Below are positions 1 through 13,529 of a stretch of 64,000 nucleotides of DNA, piece after piece. The stretch lies in the NCBI GenBank assembly GCA_017454905.1, contig JAFTCB010000047.1, forward strand, positions 15,030 through 79,029. Reading direction: 5' to 3'. Under the pieces are notes generated by a model. That model worked only from the letters and a program-made list of their open reading frames with translations, was not told the DNA's origin and did no database searches. The position numbers were made by a program, and so were the translations under genes. This DNA is from Bacteroidales bacterium (GTDB lineage: Bacteria > Bacteroidota > Bacteroidia > Bacteroidales > UBA932). Within the stretch, counting starts at the first letter, position 1. The number at the start of each line of letters is the position of its first letter.

Positions 1-93
1 CGGATCCTGGGCGAACTCGACTGCATCGGCGGGCTCAACAGCTCCTTCGTCATGGGCGAAGTCAAAAACACCCACGCCGTCCCGGTGCGCTAG
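1..93 (+). CDS. 3' end of probable Lrp/AsnC-family transcriptional regulator (partial)
   Basis: Frame 1 reads RILGELDCIGGLNSSFVMGEVKNTHAVPVR*, resembling the Lrp/AsnC C-terminus (S.FVM.EVK). Truncated by the window edge. Confidence 0.55.
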   Translation, partial: RILGELDCIGGLNSSFVMGEVKNTHAVPVR

Positions 94-812
94 ATCCCGG
101 CTCCGTCGGTAAAGAGGGGCTGTTCGACGGCGCGGGTCTGGAGGATCCGGGAGCGGGGCGGGACGCTGTGGGTAAGCCAGACGTTGCCGCCGACGATGGT
201 GTCGTGGCCGATCGTGACGCGGCCGAGGATGGTCGTGTTGGCATAGACGGTCACGTTGTCCTCCAGGATGGGATGGCGCGGCTCGTCCAGCGGCCGGCCG
301 TCGGGGTCGTACTTGAAATTCTTGGCGCCGAGGGTGACGCCCTGGTAGAGCATCACATGGTCGCCGATGATGGTCGTGGCGCCGACCACCACGCCCGTGC
401 CATGGTCGATGGCGAAATATTCGCCGATCCGCGCCCCCGGATGGATGTCGATGCCGGTGGCGGAATGCGCCATCTCCGTGAGCAGGCGCGGGGCCACGGG
501 AACTTCCAGCTGCAGCAGCTCATGGGCCGTGCGGTAGTGGAGCATCACCTTGATGCAAGGGTAACAGAGCACGATCTCCGTGCGGTCCACCACCGCAGGA
601 TCGTTGTCCGCGATGGCCTCCACATCCGTGTGCAGCAGGCGGGCAATCTCGGGAATCCGCTCCATGAAGGCGTCGGCGCGCTTGTCGCCGGCGATCTTGC
701 GGAGCACGCTCCGGATGGACATCAGGTCCAGGGCACGGTCTTCCTGCCCGAGGTACTCGGGGAACACGGTCCGCCGCATCAGCACCATCAGTTCTTTCAG
801 CAATTCTTCCAT
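90..812 (-). CDS. cysE: Serine O-acetyltransferase
   Basis: DPA..D..EI...YP, AHSATGIDIHPGARIG, IDHGTGVVVG, LYQGVTLG, RHP hexapeptide motifs. Start placed at ATG 812 (MEELL), 4 nt after a TACCTTTG box. Confidence 0.9.
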   Translation of the reverse strand: MEELLKELMVLMRRTVFPEYLGQEDRALDLMSIRSVLRKIAGDKRADAFMERIPEIARLLHTDVEAIADNDPAVVDRTEIVLCYPCIKVMLHYRTAHELLQLEVPVAPRLLTEMAHSATGIDIHPGARIGEYFAIDHGTGVVVGATTIIGDHVMLYQGVTLGAKNFKYDPDGRPLDEPRHPILEDNVTVYANTTILGRVTIGHDTIVGGNVWLTHSVPPRSRILQTRAVEQPLFTDGAGI

Positions 813-816
813 ACGC

Positions 817-844
817 CAAAGGTAAGAAAAAATCATTATCTTTA
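817..844. promoter_or_regulatory. Back-to-back -7 promoter boxes for cysE and metF
   Basis: TACCTTTG on minus (817-824) and near-consensus TATCTTTA on plus (837-844); Bacteroidota sigma-A -7 consensus is TAnnTTTG. Confidence 0.55.
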
Positions 845-865
845 CCGGAAAAGTAGTGTTTGCCG

Positions 866-1761
866 ATGAAGCCGTTTCCTTCCCTTGAGATCGTGCCCCC
901 GCTGAAGGGCATCACCAAGACCGAACTCCTGGACAGCATCCGTCCGTTCATGGAGTTCGGGCCGCGGTATATCAACGTGACCTGCCACCGCGACGAATAC
1001 GAGTTCCGCGCCGAGCCGGACGGCAGTTTCTCCCGGCACCTGCTGCGCAAGCGCATCAGCCAGACGGCCGTATGCGCCGCCGTCCAGGCTGCTTTCCCGG
1101 AGGTGGAAGTGGTGCCGCACCTGATCTGCGGCGGGGCCAGTACCGAGCAGATCGAGTCCCAGCTGCAGGATTTCAATTTCATGGGCATCCGCAACATCCT
1201 GGTCCTGCGCGGCGATGCCGCCCTGGGCGAGAAGCGCTTCACCCCCGAGCGCGACGGATACGCCCATGCCGACGAGCTGGTCGCCGCCATCCGCCGTTTC
1301 GAGGCGGGCTTCGGCCGGGACCACATCTTCACGCTCGGCGTGGCCGGCTATCCCGAAAAGCATTTCGAGTCGCCGAACCTCGATACCGATATCCAGTACC
1401 TGAAAAAGAAAGTGGATGCCGGCGCCGACCAGATCATCACCCAGATGTTCTTCGACAACGCCGTTTTCTACGACTTCGTGCGCCGCTGCCGCGAGGCGGG
1501 CATCACCGTCCCCATCGTCCCCGGCATCAAGCCGCTTTCCACGGCCCGGCAGGTGGATCTGCTGCCCGAGAGTTTCTCCATCGACATCCCCCTGGCGCTC
1601 ACCCGCGAGGTGGCCGCGCATCCGGAGCATGCCTACCGGATCGGGGAAGAATGGTGCCTGGAGCAGTGCCGCGACCTGCTCGCCCACGGGATTGAAGAAA
1701 TCCATTTCTACACCATGGGACGCAGCGACAATCTCATCAACATCCTGCGAAGCTGTTTCTG

Positions 1762-1762
<1 letters not shown>
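866..1762 (+). CDS. metF: 5,10-methylenetetrahydrofolate reductase
   Basis: SLEIVPP, VPHLICGG, ILVLRGD, GVAGYPEKH, LKKKVDAGAD.IITQMFFD, IHFYTM motifs; stop overlaps metH start (TGATG). Confidence 0.93.
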
Positions 1763-5304
<3,542 letters not shown>

Positions 5305-5311
5305 ATTCTGC

Positions 5312-5381
5312 GTGCACCTCGCCCGTTTCACCCCCTGAAAACGGGCGACCCCCGACCAAATCGCCAGGAGTCGCCCGCATT
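5312..5381. repeat. REP/REPIN-like palindromic element, copy A (three of four arms; inverted relative to B and C)
   Basis: 5316-5377 matches the reverse complement of 7728-7789 at 58/62 nt by manual alignment; hairpin TCGCCCGTTT...AAACGGGCGA. Confidence 0.9.
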
Positions 5382-5392
5382 GCTCAAAATAT

Positions 5393-6676
5393 CTAGATCC
5401 AGCCGGCAATCCATTCCAGAACCTCCGGAGCGATGGTCTCCTCAATCTCCCGATATTCGGCAGCGAGACCGGTCCGACAATGCTGGAACAGATGGTTCAG
5501 CCCCTCGCACCGGATGATGCGGGCAGCCGGGAGGCCCTCCTCCAACGCACCCAGGTTCGTGACCGCATCCACCTGGGTGTCCTTGGTGCCGTTCAGTGCC
5601 AATACGGGACAACGGATCTGTCCCAACAGCTTCGTGGCATCCAGTGTGATGAAATAACGCAGATAGGGCGTCAGAGCCTGGGAGATGGCCAGCTTGTAAT
5701 TCTGTCTCAAGGATTCCGGCAGGTCATAGCCATCGATGGAAGCAGCAGACTGCTCCCCGGCGGCAATCTGCGCAAACGCCTTCGCCAGCGCATCGCAGTA
5801 GAGGATGGTCTGGTTTTCCGGAAGTCCGGCCTGGAGCAGCGCAGCGCGGTTCTGCGCCAGCAACGTCCGGGCGCCGGACACGACCATACCCGCCAGGCTG
5901 ACTACGAAATCGACTTTTCCCTCAGCTGCCAGCATCAGGGCGATGGTCCCGCCTTCGCTGTGGCCGAGGACGCCCACGCGGGCAAATCTTCCGCGCAGCA
6001 GGTCGATACCCGCCCGGGCATCTTCCTTGAAGTCCTCCGTAGTGGCCGACAGCACATCTCCTGTTGACTCGCCGAAACCCCGGTCATCGTAACGGAGCGT
6101 CGCAATCCCCTTTCTCGCAAGGTAATCAGCGATGACCGCAAAGGGCCTGTGCTCAAAGATCTCCTCATCCCGGTTCTGCTGGCCGCTGCCCGTGACGAGC
6201 AGGAGCACGGGGGTCTGGTGTGTGCAGCCCTCCGGGAGCGTGAGTGTGCCGCGCAGGGTGGCGTCCCCGTTGCAGAATGAGACTTCTTCTGTCTGATAAG
6301 GGAAGGGACCCTGCGGGGTCTGGGGGCGGTTCAGCTGCGGTTCGCCCGCAGACAGCGTCAACGGGAAAGAGACGCCGTGCTGCGTAAAGCTGCCGCTGAT
6401 TCCCTTGGCCAGCCGCACCCCCTCGAAAGCCGCTCCGATCGACGGGACCGTAATCTTGATGCCGACCATCGTCGCAGTAGCTTGCGCCGGGATGCCCCGC
6501 GCACCCTGGTCCGGGACGTCCAGCGTGCATCCGCCGTCTTCCGAAAAGCGGAAAACCAACCCGAGAGAAACTCCCTGCCGAACTTCTACCTTCCCGCTCC
6601 AGACCCCCACCGGCATCTGGGCGCTGCTGGCGAAGCACGCTAGGACAAAGAATATGACTGAAAGTAAACACTTCAT
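5393..6676 (-). CDS. Secreted alpha/beta-fold serine hydrolase (peptidase/esterase)
   Basis: Signal peptide; RPQTP..PFPY, GSG.QNRDEE, LRYDDRG.GES, nucleophile GHSEGG, NGTKDTQV, GLNHLFQ. Confidence 0.85.
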   Translation of the reverse strand: MKCLLSVIFFVLACFASSAQMPVGVWSGKVEVRQGVSLGLVFRFSEDGGCTLDVPDQGARGIPAQATATMVGIKITVPSIGAAFEGVRLAKGISGSFTQHGVSFPLTLSAGEPQLNRPQTPQGPFPYQTEEVSFCNGDATLRGTLTLPEGCTHQTPVLLLVTGSGQQNRDEEIFEHRPFAVIADYLARKGIATLRYDDRGFGESTGDVLSATTEDFKEDARAGIDLLRGRFARVGVLGHSEGGTIALMLAAEGKVDFVVSLAGMVVSGARTLLAQNRAALLQAGLPENQTILYCDALAKAFAQIAAGEQSAASIDGYDLPESLRQNYKLAISQALTPYLRYFITLDATKLLGQIRCPVLALNGTKDTQVDAVTNLGALEEGLPAARIIRCEGLNHLFQHCRTGLAAEYREIEETIAPEVLEWIAGWI

Positions 6677-6798
6677 GGATAGCAGTTTTTATATGCACAA
6701 AGATAAAAAACATATCAAGACGATAAAAATCGTATAAATGTGACGAAATCCCTTCCGTATCGCGGAGATTTCTCTTTATTTTTGGAAAAACGATAACT

Positions 6799-7692
6799 AT
6801 GAAAACCAAACATTTCTATCACTTCGCGACGAAAGGGCTGGAGGATGATATCCTCTTCGGATCGGTTCTAGAGTTCATTGCGGGTATGAACCGCATTGCG
6901 CTGTGTCTCTGCCGGCTCGGCCCGGATCACCCTGTCATGGTCGTTTGCTTTTGCCTGATGGACAATCATGTCCATTTTATCCTCTATGGGACGGAGGAGG
7001 ATTGCATTCTGTTCATGGAAAGATACAAACAAGCAACAGAACTATGGCTTCGTCATCACGGAGGCGATAATCTGCCGGGGAAGTTCTGGCAGATCGGCCA
7101 TTGGCCGATTCCGGACAAGGACCGGCTCCGCTCGACCATTGCCTATATCCATCGCAATCCGACCGCAGCCGGCATGTCAGTCAGTCCTGCGGGTTACCGC
7201 TGGAGTTCCGCCTCTTTGGTATTTGCTGACAGAGCCTGGATACAATCGTTCGGGCGACGGATGGACAGTCTGTCCATCTATGAACGGCGCCGGATTCTCA
7301 ATAGCAAAACAGAACTCCCGGACGACTGGATACTGCTGCCCGACGGGATGATCTGGCCCGGGGATTATGTCAGCACGCAGGTGATGGAGCGGCAGTTCGA
7401 TTCGGTCCGGGACTATCAGTTTGTCCTGAACAAACGGGTGGAAGATGATGTCAATCTCGAAATGTATAGCCAGCAGATATCTCTTCCTGACAGGGACATC
7501 AAGTCTCGGGCCAGGGATGTGGCAGGCAAACTGTTTGGATGCAGACAGATCGCAGATCTCAATGTGCAGCAGCGGGTGCAGCTGGCATGTGTGCTGAAGA
7601 AAGAGACAGGAGCCGCGGCGAAACAGATTGCCCGGATCGTCCGTCTCAAACTGACAGAACTGGAGCCGATTCTCAATCCCCGCCGCGGATAG
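6799..7692 (+). mobile_element. RAYT-like Y1 HUH transposase with C-terminal helical/HTH-like extension
   Basis: YH near N-terminus, CLMDNHVHFIL (HUH), IAYIHRNP..AG (catalytic Tyr), YRWSS; more AT-rich codons than neighbours; palindromic repeat starts 5 nt after the stop. Confidence 0.88.
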
Positions 7693-7697
7693 ATTAT

Positions 7698-7790
7698 GTG
7701 CACCTCACCCGGAAAAGGCGGGTAATCCGGGCGACCCCTGGCGATTTGGCCGGGGGTTGCCCGTTTTCAGGGGGTAAAACGGGCGAGGTT
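7698..7790. repeat. REP/REPIN-like palindromic element, copy B
   Basis: GTGCACCTCACCCG...CGGGCGACCCC...GGGGTTGCCCG...CGGGCGAGGT; four alternating arms. Confidence 0.9.
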
Positions 7791-7810
7791 TTTTACTAAC
7801 TTTGCCTTCT

Positions 7811-9070
7811 ATGGACAAGAAGGACCTCGAAATCATGGCGCCGGCGGGCGGATTCGACTGCCTGCACGCCGCCATCCAGGGCGGAGCGGACTCCGTCTAT
7901 TTCGGCATCGGCCGGCTCAATATGCGCAGCCGCTCGGCCGGGAATTTCCTGCCGGAAGACCTCCCGGAAGTAGTGCGGATCTGCCGCGAAGCCGGGATCC
8001 GGAGCTACCTGACGCTCAATATCACCCTGTTCCAGCAGGACCTGGCGGATATGCGCGAGGCGCTGGATGCCGCGCGTGCCGCAGGCGTGGATGCCGTCAT
8101 CGCTTCGGATATCGCCGCCATCCAGTATTGCCGGCAGATCGGTCTGGAGGTCCATATTTCCACCCAACTGTCCATCTCCAACGTGGAGGCGCTGCGTTTC
8201 TATGCGCAGTTCGCCGACGTCGTAGTCCTCGCCCGGGAGCTCACACTCGACCAGGTGCAGGAGATCCACGAGACCATCGTCCGGGAACGGATCTGCGGAC
8301 CTTCCGGCCGGCTGGTCCGCATCGAGATGTTCGCCCACGGCGCCCTCTGCATGGCCGTGAGCGGGAAATGCTATCTCTCGCTGCACGCCGCCGGGGCCTC
8401 CGCCAACCGGGGAGCCTGCTACCAGATCTGCCGCCGCAGCTACGAGGTCCGCGACCGCGAGACCGGCGGGGAACTGCTGATCGACAACGAATACATCATG
8501 TCCCCCAAGGACCTCTGCACCATCGGGTTCATGGACAAGATCATCAACTCCGGCGTGCGGGTGTTCAAGATCGAGGGGCGGGCCCGCTCCGCGGAATATG
8601 TCAAGCGCTGCGCCTCCTGCTACCGCCGGGCGGCCGATGCCGTGTGCGAGGGTAATTATACGCCGGAGCTGGCCGCTTCGCTGAAAGGGGAACTCGCCGA
8701 GGTCTTCAACCGGGGTTTCTGGGACGGGTATTACCAGGGGGCCCGACTGGGCGAATGGAGTGCCGTGTACGGCTCCCAGGCCACCCGGCGCAAGGTCTAT
8801 CTCGGCAAGGTAACCAACTGGTTCGACCGGATCGGCGTGGCGGAAATCTCCGTGGAGACCACGGACCTGCACCGGGGTGCCGCGCTGATGGCGATCGGCC
8901 CGACCTCGGGCGTCGTGGAGTTTGCCGCCGACGACATCCGGCTGGAGTTCGACCCTGTCGAGCTGGCGCCGAAAGGCTCCCGCTGCTCCGTGGCCGTCAA
9001 GGCTTCGGACTGCCCCGACGGCAAACTCCGCCGCGGAGACAAGGTTTTCCTCTGGGTGGAGTCGGAATAA
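7811..9070 (+). CDS. Peptidase U32 family protein (PrtC/TrhP-like Fe-S protein)
   Basis: EIMAPAG, GADSVYFG, HISTQ, VVLARELTL, HGALCMAVSGKCYLS, ANRGAC.Q.CRR, MSPKDL, KIEGRAR. ATG 7811 lies 6 nt after TAACTTTG. Confidence 0.9.
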   Translation: MDKKDLEIMAPAGGFDCLHAAIQGGADSVYFGIGRLNMRSRSAGNFLPEDLPEVVRICREAGIRSYLTLNITLFQQDLADMREALDAARAAGVDAVIASDIAAIQYCRQIGLEVHISTQLSISNVEALRFYAQFADVVVLARELTLDQVQEIHETIVRERICGPSGRLVRIEMFAHGALCMAVSGKCYLSLHAAGASANRGACYQICRRSYEVRDRETGGELLIDNEYIMSPKDLCTIGFMDKIINSGVRVFKIEGRARSAEYVKRCASCYRRAADAVCEGNYTPELAASLKGELAEVFNRGFWDGYYQGARLGEWSAVYGSQATRRKVYLGKVTNWFDRIGVAEISVETTDLHRGAALMAIGPTSGVVEFAADDIRLEFDPVELAPKGSRCSVAVKASDCPDGKLRRGDKVFLWVESE

Positions 9071-9076
9071 CACGGT

Positions 9077-9168
9077 CACCTCGCCCGTCCAAGGCGGGTT
9101 TTCCGGGCAACCCCTGCCGATTTCGGCGGGGGTTGCCCGTCTGGACCATGCAAAACGGGCGAGGTGCA
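9077..9168. repeat. REP/REPIN-like palindromic element, copy C
   Basis: 9077-9166 is colinear with 7701-7790 without gaps (71/90 by manual count); terminal IR CACCTCGCCCGT/ACGGGCGAGGTG; central hairpin CGGGCAACCCCTGCCGA-TT-TCGGCGGGGGTTGCCCG. Confidence 0.9.
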
Positions 9169-9236
9169 AATAAAATGACCTAAATTTGACATCGCCCAGC
9201 CTGGGAATTGTTTATTTTTGTGAAAATGCATTTCCC

Positions 9237-11480
9237 ATGAGACATCCCATCCTCCTTTCCCTGTTTTTGATGGCAGCAGCCGCCTGCCAGCCGGGGACCG
9301 TCTGCATCGAAACCGCCCAGGGCACGCTCTGCCTCCAACCGCTCTCCGAAGACGCCATCCGCGTCCGGCTGACCCCGGACGAAGTGCCCGAACTGGAAGA
9401 GCTGATCCTGACGGAGCCCGTGAAGGCTCCAAAGTTCAAGGTGGAGCACAACGGCGACGATGTCACGATCCGCACGGCCGGGATGTCCGTCGAGTACAAC
9501 GCTGCCACGCAGGCGCTCCGCTTCCTCGACGCCACCGGCCATGTCCTGCTGGAGGAACAGCCCGGCGGGCGCAGCATCGAGCGCACCCAAATCCAGGGAG
9601 AGCCGGCTGTCGCCGTCCGGCAGGCCTTCCTCGCTCCCGAGGACGAACACCTCTATGGCACCGGCCAGTTCCAGGACGGCTATCTGGACATCCGCGGCCT
9701 GACGCGCCGCCTGACACAGGTCAACACGCAGATCGCCCTGCCGATGTACCTCTCCAGCCGCGGCTACGGTCTGCTCTGGCACAACTACGGCCTCACGGAC
9801 TTCAACCCGGCGGACAACAGCGTCGCGCTGACCGCCACGGAAGAGGCCGGCGGATCAGTCACCGTCAATGCCACGGGCACCGCGGGCAACCGCCGGGAGC
9901 GCCGTTTCTTCCGCACCTTCACCGGCGAGATGGAAATTGCCGAAGAGGGCGAATACGCCATCCTGCTCGACGTGGGCCGGGAGATGGCCCGCAAGCACAA
10001 CCTCCTGATCGACGGCGAGAGCGTCATCGATTTCTCCAACACCTGGCTGCCGCCTACCGCGTCCATCAAGACCCGGCTGACCGCCGGAGTGCACCGGCTG
10101 CAGGTCGAAGGCACCTTCGGCGACGCCCCGGTCGTGTACTGGCGCGCCGTAGGGAATGAGACCGTCCTGGCCTCCCCGGTGGCGCAGGGCCTTGACTATG
10201 TCGTCTTCGCAGGAGGCGCCGACGCCGTGATGCACAGTTTCCGTACCCTCAGCGGCCACGTGCCCGCCATGCCGGACTGGATCTTCCGCTACATCCACTG
10301 CCGCGAGCGCTACGACACCCAGGACGAACTGCTGACAGCCGCGCGCCGCTTCCATGAGGAAGGCATTCCCGTGGGCACCATCGTGCAGGACTGGCAGTGG
10401 TGGGGCAAATACGGCTGGAACGCGATGCAGTTCGACGAGGACAAATATCCCGACCCCAAGGCCATGGTCTCCGAACTGCACGGCATGGACCAGCACCTGA
10501 TGTTGTCCGTCTGGTCCAAGATCAGCCGCGACGCCGAACTCGGCAAGCAGGCTGCCGCCCGGGACTTCTACATCGACGGCACGGAATGGATCGACTTCTT
10601 CAAGCCGGAAGCCGCCCGGTTCTACTGGGACAATTTCAGCGCCAGGCTGCTGCCCACGCGCATCGATGCCTGGTGGCAGGACGCCACCGAACCGGAAAAC
10701 GACGACCTCAAGGGCCGCCGGATCGGAGAGGAGCAGATCCCGGGCGAATGGTACCGCAACATCTATCCGCTCAAGGTTGTCCAGACCGTCTATGAGGGCC
10801 TGCGCCGCGACGACCCGGAGCGTCTGCCCGTCATCCTGACCCGCAGTTCCTTCCCGGGCATCCAGCGCTACGGCGCCGTGACCTGGAGCGGCGACGTGGG
10901 CAACGACTGGGAGACCCTGCGCCGCCAGATTGCGGGCGGCCTGGGCCAGATGGCCGCCGGCCTGCCCTGGTGGACCTACGACGCAGGCGGCTTCTTCCGC
11001 CCGGCCGACCAGTACACCGACCCCGCCTACCAGGAGCGGATGATCCGCTGGATCCAGGCTGCCGTGTGGCTGCCCTTCATGCGCGTCCACGGCTACCAGA
11101 GCCATACCGAACCCTGGGAATACAGCCCCGATACGCGCCGCCGTTTCGAAGCCGCCATCGCCCAGCGCGAGGCCCTGCAGCCGTATATCCTGGAGCAGGC
11201 CGCCAAAGTCTGGAACGAGGACTACACGCTGATGCGCCCGCTCATCTTCGACTTCCCGCAGGACGCGCAGGCGCTGGAGCAGCGCTATGAATGGATGTTC
11301 GGACCGGACTACCTCGTCTGCCCCGTCACCGAGGGCGGCGTCTCCGAATGGACGGTTTATCTGCCGCAGAACCCGGCCGGCTGGGAGGACATCCGCACAA
11401 ACAAACGCTACGACGGCGGACAAGCCGTCGCCGTAGCGGTCGATCTGGATGCCATTCCGGTGTTCCGGCGGCTGAGGTAA
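9237..11480 (+). CDS. Glycoside hydrolase family 31 (alpha-xylosidase-like), probable lipoprotein
   Basis: LYGTGQFQDG, IVQDWQWW, WWQDATEP (nucleophile), TRS...G.QRYG...WSGD, WTYDAGGF, LMRPLIFDFP; MAAAAC lipobox-like. Confidence 0.88.
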   Translation: MRHPILLSLFLMAAAACQPGTVCIETAQGTLCLQPLSEDAIRVRLTPDEVPELEELILTEPVKAPKFKVEHNGDDVTIRTAGMSVEYNAATQALRFLDATGHVLLEEQPGGRSIERTQIQGEPAVAVRQAFLAPEDEHLYGTGQFQDGYLDIRGLTRRLTQVNTQIALPMYLSSRGYGLLWHNYGLTDFNPADNSVALTATEEAGGSVTVNATGTAGNRRERRFFRTFTGEMEIAEEGEYAILLDVGREMARKHNLLIDGESVIDFSNTWLPPTASIKTRLTAGVHRLQVEGTFGDAPVVYWRAVGNETVLASPVAQGLDYVVFAGGADAVMHSFRTLSGHVPAMPDWIFRYIHCRERYDTQDELLTAARRFHEEGIPVGTIVQDWQWWGKYGWNAMQFDEDKYPDPKAMVSELHGMDQHLMLSVWSKISRDAELGKQAAARDFYIDGTEWIDFFKPEAARFYWDNFSARLLPTRIDAWWQDATEPENDDLKGRRIGEEQIPGEWYRNIYPLKVVQTVYEGLRRDDPERLPVILTRSSFPGIQRYGAVTWSGDVGNDWETLRRQIAGGLGQMAAGLPWWTYDAGGFFRPADQYTDPAYQERMIRWIQAAVWLPFMRVHGYQSHTEPWEYSPDTRRRFEAAIAQREALQPYILEQAAKVWNEDYTLMRPLIFDFPQDAQALEQRYEWMFGPDYLVCPVTEGGVSEWTVYLPQNPAGWEDIRTNKRYDGGQAVAVAVDLDAIPVFRRLR

Positions 11481-11486
11481 AAGCGT

Positions 11487-12719
11487 TTATTCCGCCCGCT
11501 CGGCGGCCTGGATCAGGGCGATGTTGAGCTGCTCCAGCAGGGAGAGCTTGACGGAAGCGTTGCTCTTCGCCGGGGTGTACCACGGCTGCGCCTCGAAATA
11601 CTCCTTCAGGTCCTTGGACTGGAACACATAGCCGTGGGCGGCGAGGATGGCGTTGCGCATCACGCGCAGCAGCGGCTTGTCATAGCGGCTCAGGTTGCCG
11701 TTCAGCAGGGTGTAGCGTGCAAAGTCGAAGCGGCTCCGCTCTTCGGTCCACTTCAGTTCGAAGTAGGAGACGGTCCGCTCGAACCAGGGTTCCCCCTCAT
11801 TCATCTTGACTTCGGTCAGCAGGAGGCCTTTCGGAGTCGGCACGGCTTCCACCTTGCCGGTCAGATACGGCCCGCCGGTGCCGAAATCGAGCACGCCCGT
11901 GACCATGCCGTTGAAGGTGACCGGCTGGAGATTCATATCTTTCCCCCGGTACAGGCCCCGGTCGCGCCAGATCTTGACCTCGGAGCCGCCTTCGGTCACA
12001 TAACTGCCCGATATCATCTCCATCCACTGCCCTACGTTGAGGGCCTGGCTGTCCCAGACCTGCGTGGCCTGCATGACGTCCGTGATGCGGTTCTTCTCGT
12101 CGTAGAAGCAGATGACGTCCAGTCCTTCGCGGCGGATCCGACGGGCGTAGGCGGCACCTTCGAACTCGTTCACGAACTCATCGGAGCCGTCAGACACCTC
12201 ATACCAGTCACCGTCGGCGGCGGCAGGCGTCAGCACCACCTCCATCTCCTGCCCTTCCGCCATGGCGTCCATCTTCACGGAGCCGTCCTCGGACGGGTTG
12301 GCGGTATAGACCAGCGCCCCGCTGTACCAGAGGCCGCCCGCCTTGAGCTCATCTCCAGGCTGCACCAGGTACAGGGTCCTGGCAACGGTGTCGTTGTCGC
12401 CATAGATGATCAGATACTTGTTGTCCGGCTGGCTGACATAGTCGATATGCGTACCGAAATCCGTCCCGTACGGCGCATCATCGGCATTACGGCTGGGTCG
12501 GAGGGTGTATTTCCCGGCCTGCTCGGGCCAGGCCTCCAGGGTCAGTTCCCGATCGCCGAGGGCGTCGGTCATATAGACGATGTTGCCCATCCGGATCTCC
12601 TGGACGGTGAAGAGGGCGAAGCCGTCATAGAAGCGGTCGCCGACCTTGATGGTCTGTGCCTGCATGTCGGTCAGGGCGCCGGCCAGCAGGGCGAGAATCA
12701 GGAAAATGCTTTTTTTCAT
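11487..12719 (-). CDS. Secreted protein with C-terminal YARHG domain
   Basis: Signal peptide; LRVMRNAILAAHGYVFQSKDLKEYFEAQPWY...LS.LEQLNI.LI. Confidence 0.8.
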   Translation of the reverse strand: MKKSIFLILALLAGALTDMQAQTIKVGDRFYDGFALFTVQEIRMGNIVYMTDALGDRELTLEAWPEQAGKYTLRPSRNADDAPYGTDFGTHIDYVSQPDNKYLIIYGDNDTVARTLYLVQPGDELKAGGLWYSGALVYTANPSEDGSVKMDAMAEGQEMEVVLTPAAADGDWYEVSDGSDEFVNEFEGAAYARRIRREGLDVICFYDEKNRITDVMQATQVWDSQALNVGQWMEMISGSYVTEGGSEVKIWRDRGLYRGKDMNLQPVTFNGMVTGVLDFGTGGPYLTGKVEAVPTPKGLLLTEVKMNEGEPWFERTVSYFELKWTEERSRFDFARYTLLNGNLSRYDKPLLRVMRNAILAAHGYVFQSKDLKEYFEAQPWYTPAKSNASVKLSLLEQLNIALIQAAERAE

Positions 12720-12737
12720 GGTCTGGGAAGTTTATTG

Positions 12738-13487
12738 TCAAACCAAAACCAGCTCCACCGGACAGTGGTCGGAGCCGAAGATTTCATTGTGGATGTCCGT
12801 CCCCGCGATGCGCGGGGCGAGAGCCTCGGAGACGAGGAAATAGTCGATACGCCACCCCACGTTCCGTTCGCGGGCGGCCATGCGGTAGGACCACCAGGAG
12901 TACTTGGCCTCGCCGGGGTGCTGATCGCGCCAGCTGTCGCGGAAGCCCGCGGTGAGCAGTTCGGTCATCTTGGCCCGCTCCTCGTCGGAGAAACCGGCGT
13001 TGAAATGATTGGTGGCCGGGTTCTTGAGGTCGATCTCCTCGTGGGCGACGTTCATGTCGCCGCAGATCACCACGCCCTTCTTTGCCGCCAGGCCGCACAC
13101 ATAGGCGCGGAAGGCGTCCTCCCACTGCATCCGGTAGTCCAGGCGCTTCAGGCCGTCCTGCGAATTGGGGGTATAGACATTGACCAGATAGAAGTCCGGC
13201 AGTTCGAGGGTAATCACGCGTCCTTCGTGGTCATGCTCGTCCACCCCGATGCCGTTTGTAACGGACAGGGGCGTCTGGCGCGTATAGATGGCGGTGCCGG
13301 AGTAGCCCTTCTTGTCGGCATAGTTCCAATAGGACTGATAACCTAGGAATTCCAAGTCGATCTGCCCGGCCTGGAGTTTGGTTTCCTGCAGGCTGAAGAG
13401 GTCGGCGTCCAGCGCCGAGAAAGCGTCGGCAAAACCTTTGCCGGCCACGGCGCGCAGGCCATTGACGTTCCAACTAATAAGTTTCAT
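12738..13487 (-). CDS. xth: Exodeoxyribonuclease III / AP endonuclease
   Basis: [64 protein letters not shown]. True start ATG 13487; the longer ORF is the cysS antisense shadow. Confidence 0.95.
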   Translation of the reverse strand: MKLISWNVNGLRAVAGKGFADAFSALDADLFSLQETKLQAGQIDLEFLGYQSYWNYADKKGYSGTAIYTRQTPLSVTNGIGVDEHDHEGRVITLELPDFYLVNVYTPNSQDGLKRLDYRMQWEDAFRAYVCGLAAKKGVVICGDMNVAHEEIDLKNPATNHFNAGFSDEERAKMTELLTAGFRDSWRDQHPGEAKYSWWSYRMAARERNVGWRIDYFLVSEALAPRIAGTDIHNEIFGSDHCPVELVLV

Positions 13488-13490
13488 AAG

Positions 13491-13521
13491 GCGAAGATAC
13501 GCAGAAATTTCGTATCTTCGC
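13491..13521. promoter_or_regulatory. Perfect 11-bp inverted repeat forming divergent -7-like boxes for xth and cysS
   Basis: GCGAAGATACG-9 nt-CGTATCTTCGC; each arm contains TATCTTCG, a one-base variant of TAnnTTTG. Confidence 0.6.
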
Positions 13522-13529
13522 AAAGATAT

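Noticed and set aside
7811-9070. U32 protein as a collagenase belonging to the protease system
   Set aside because: No signal peptide, and its Fe-S cysteine motif fits the RNA/quinone hydroxylation role known for U32 proteins.
5312-9168. Palindromic repeats as a CRISPR array or integron attC sites
   Set aside because: Copies are 90 nt, kilobases apart and in mixed orientation; no cas or tyrosine integrase gene and no GTTRRRY core; the HUH transposase explains them better.
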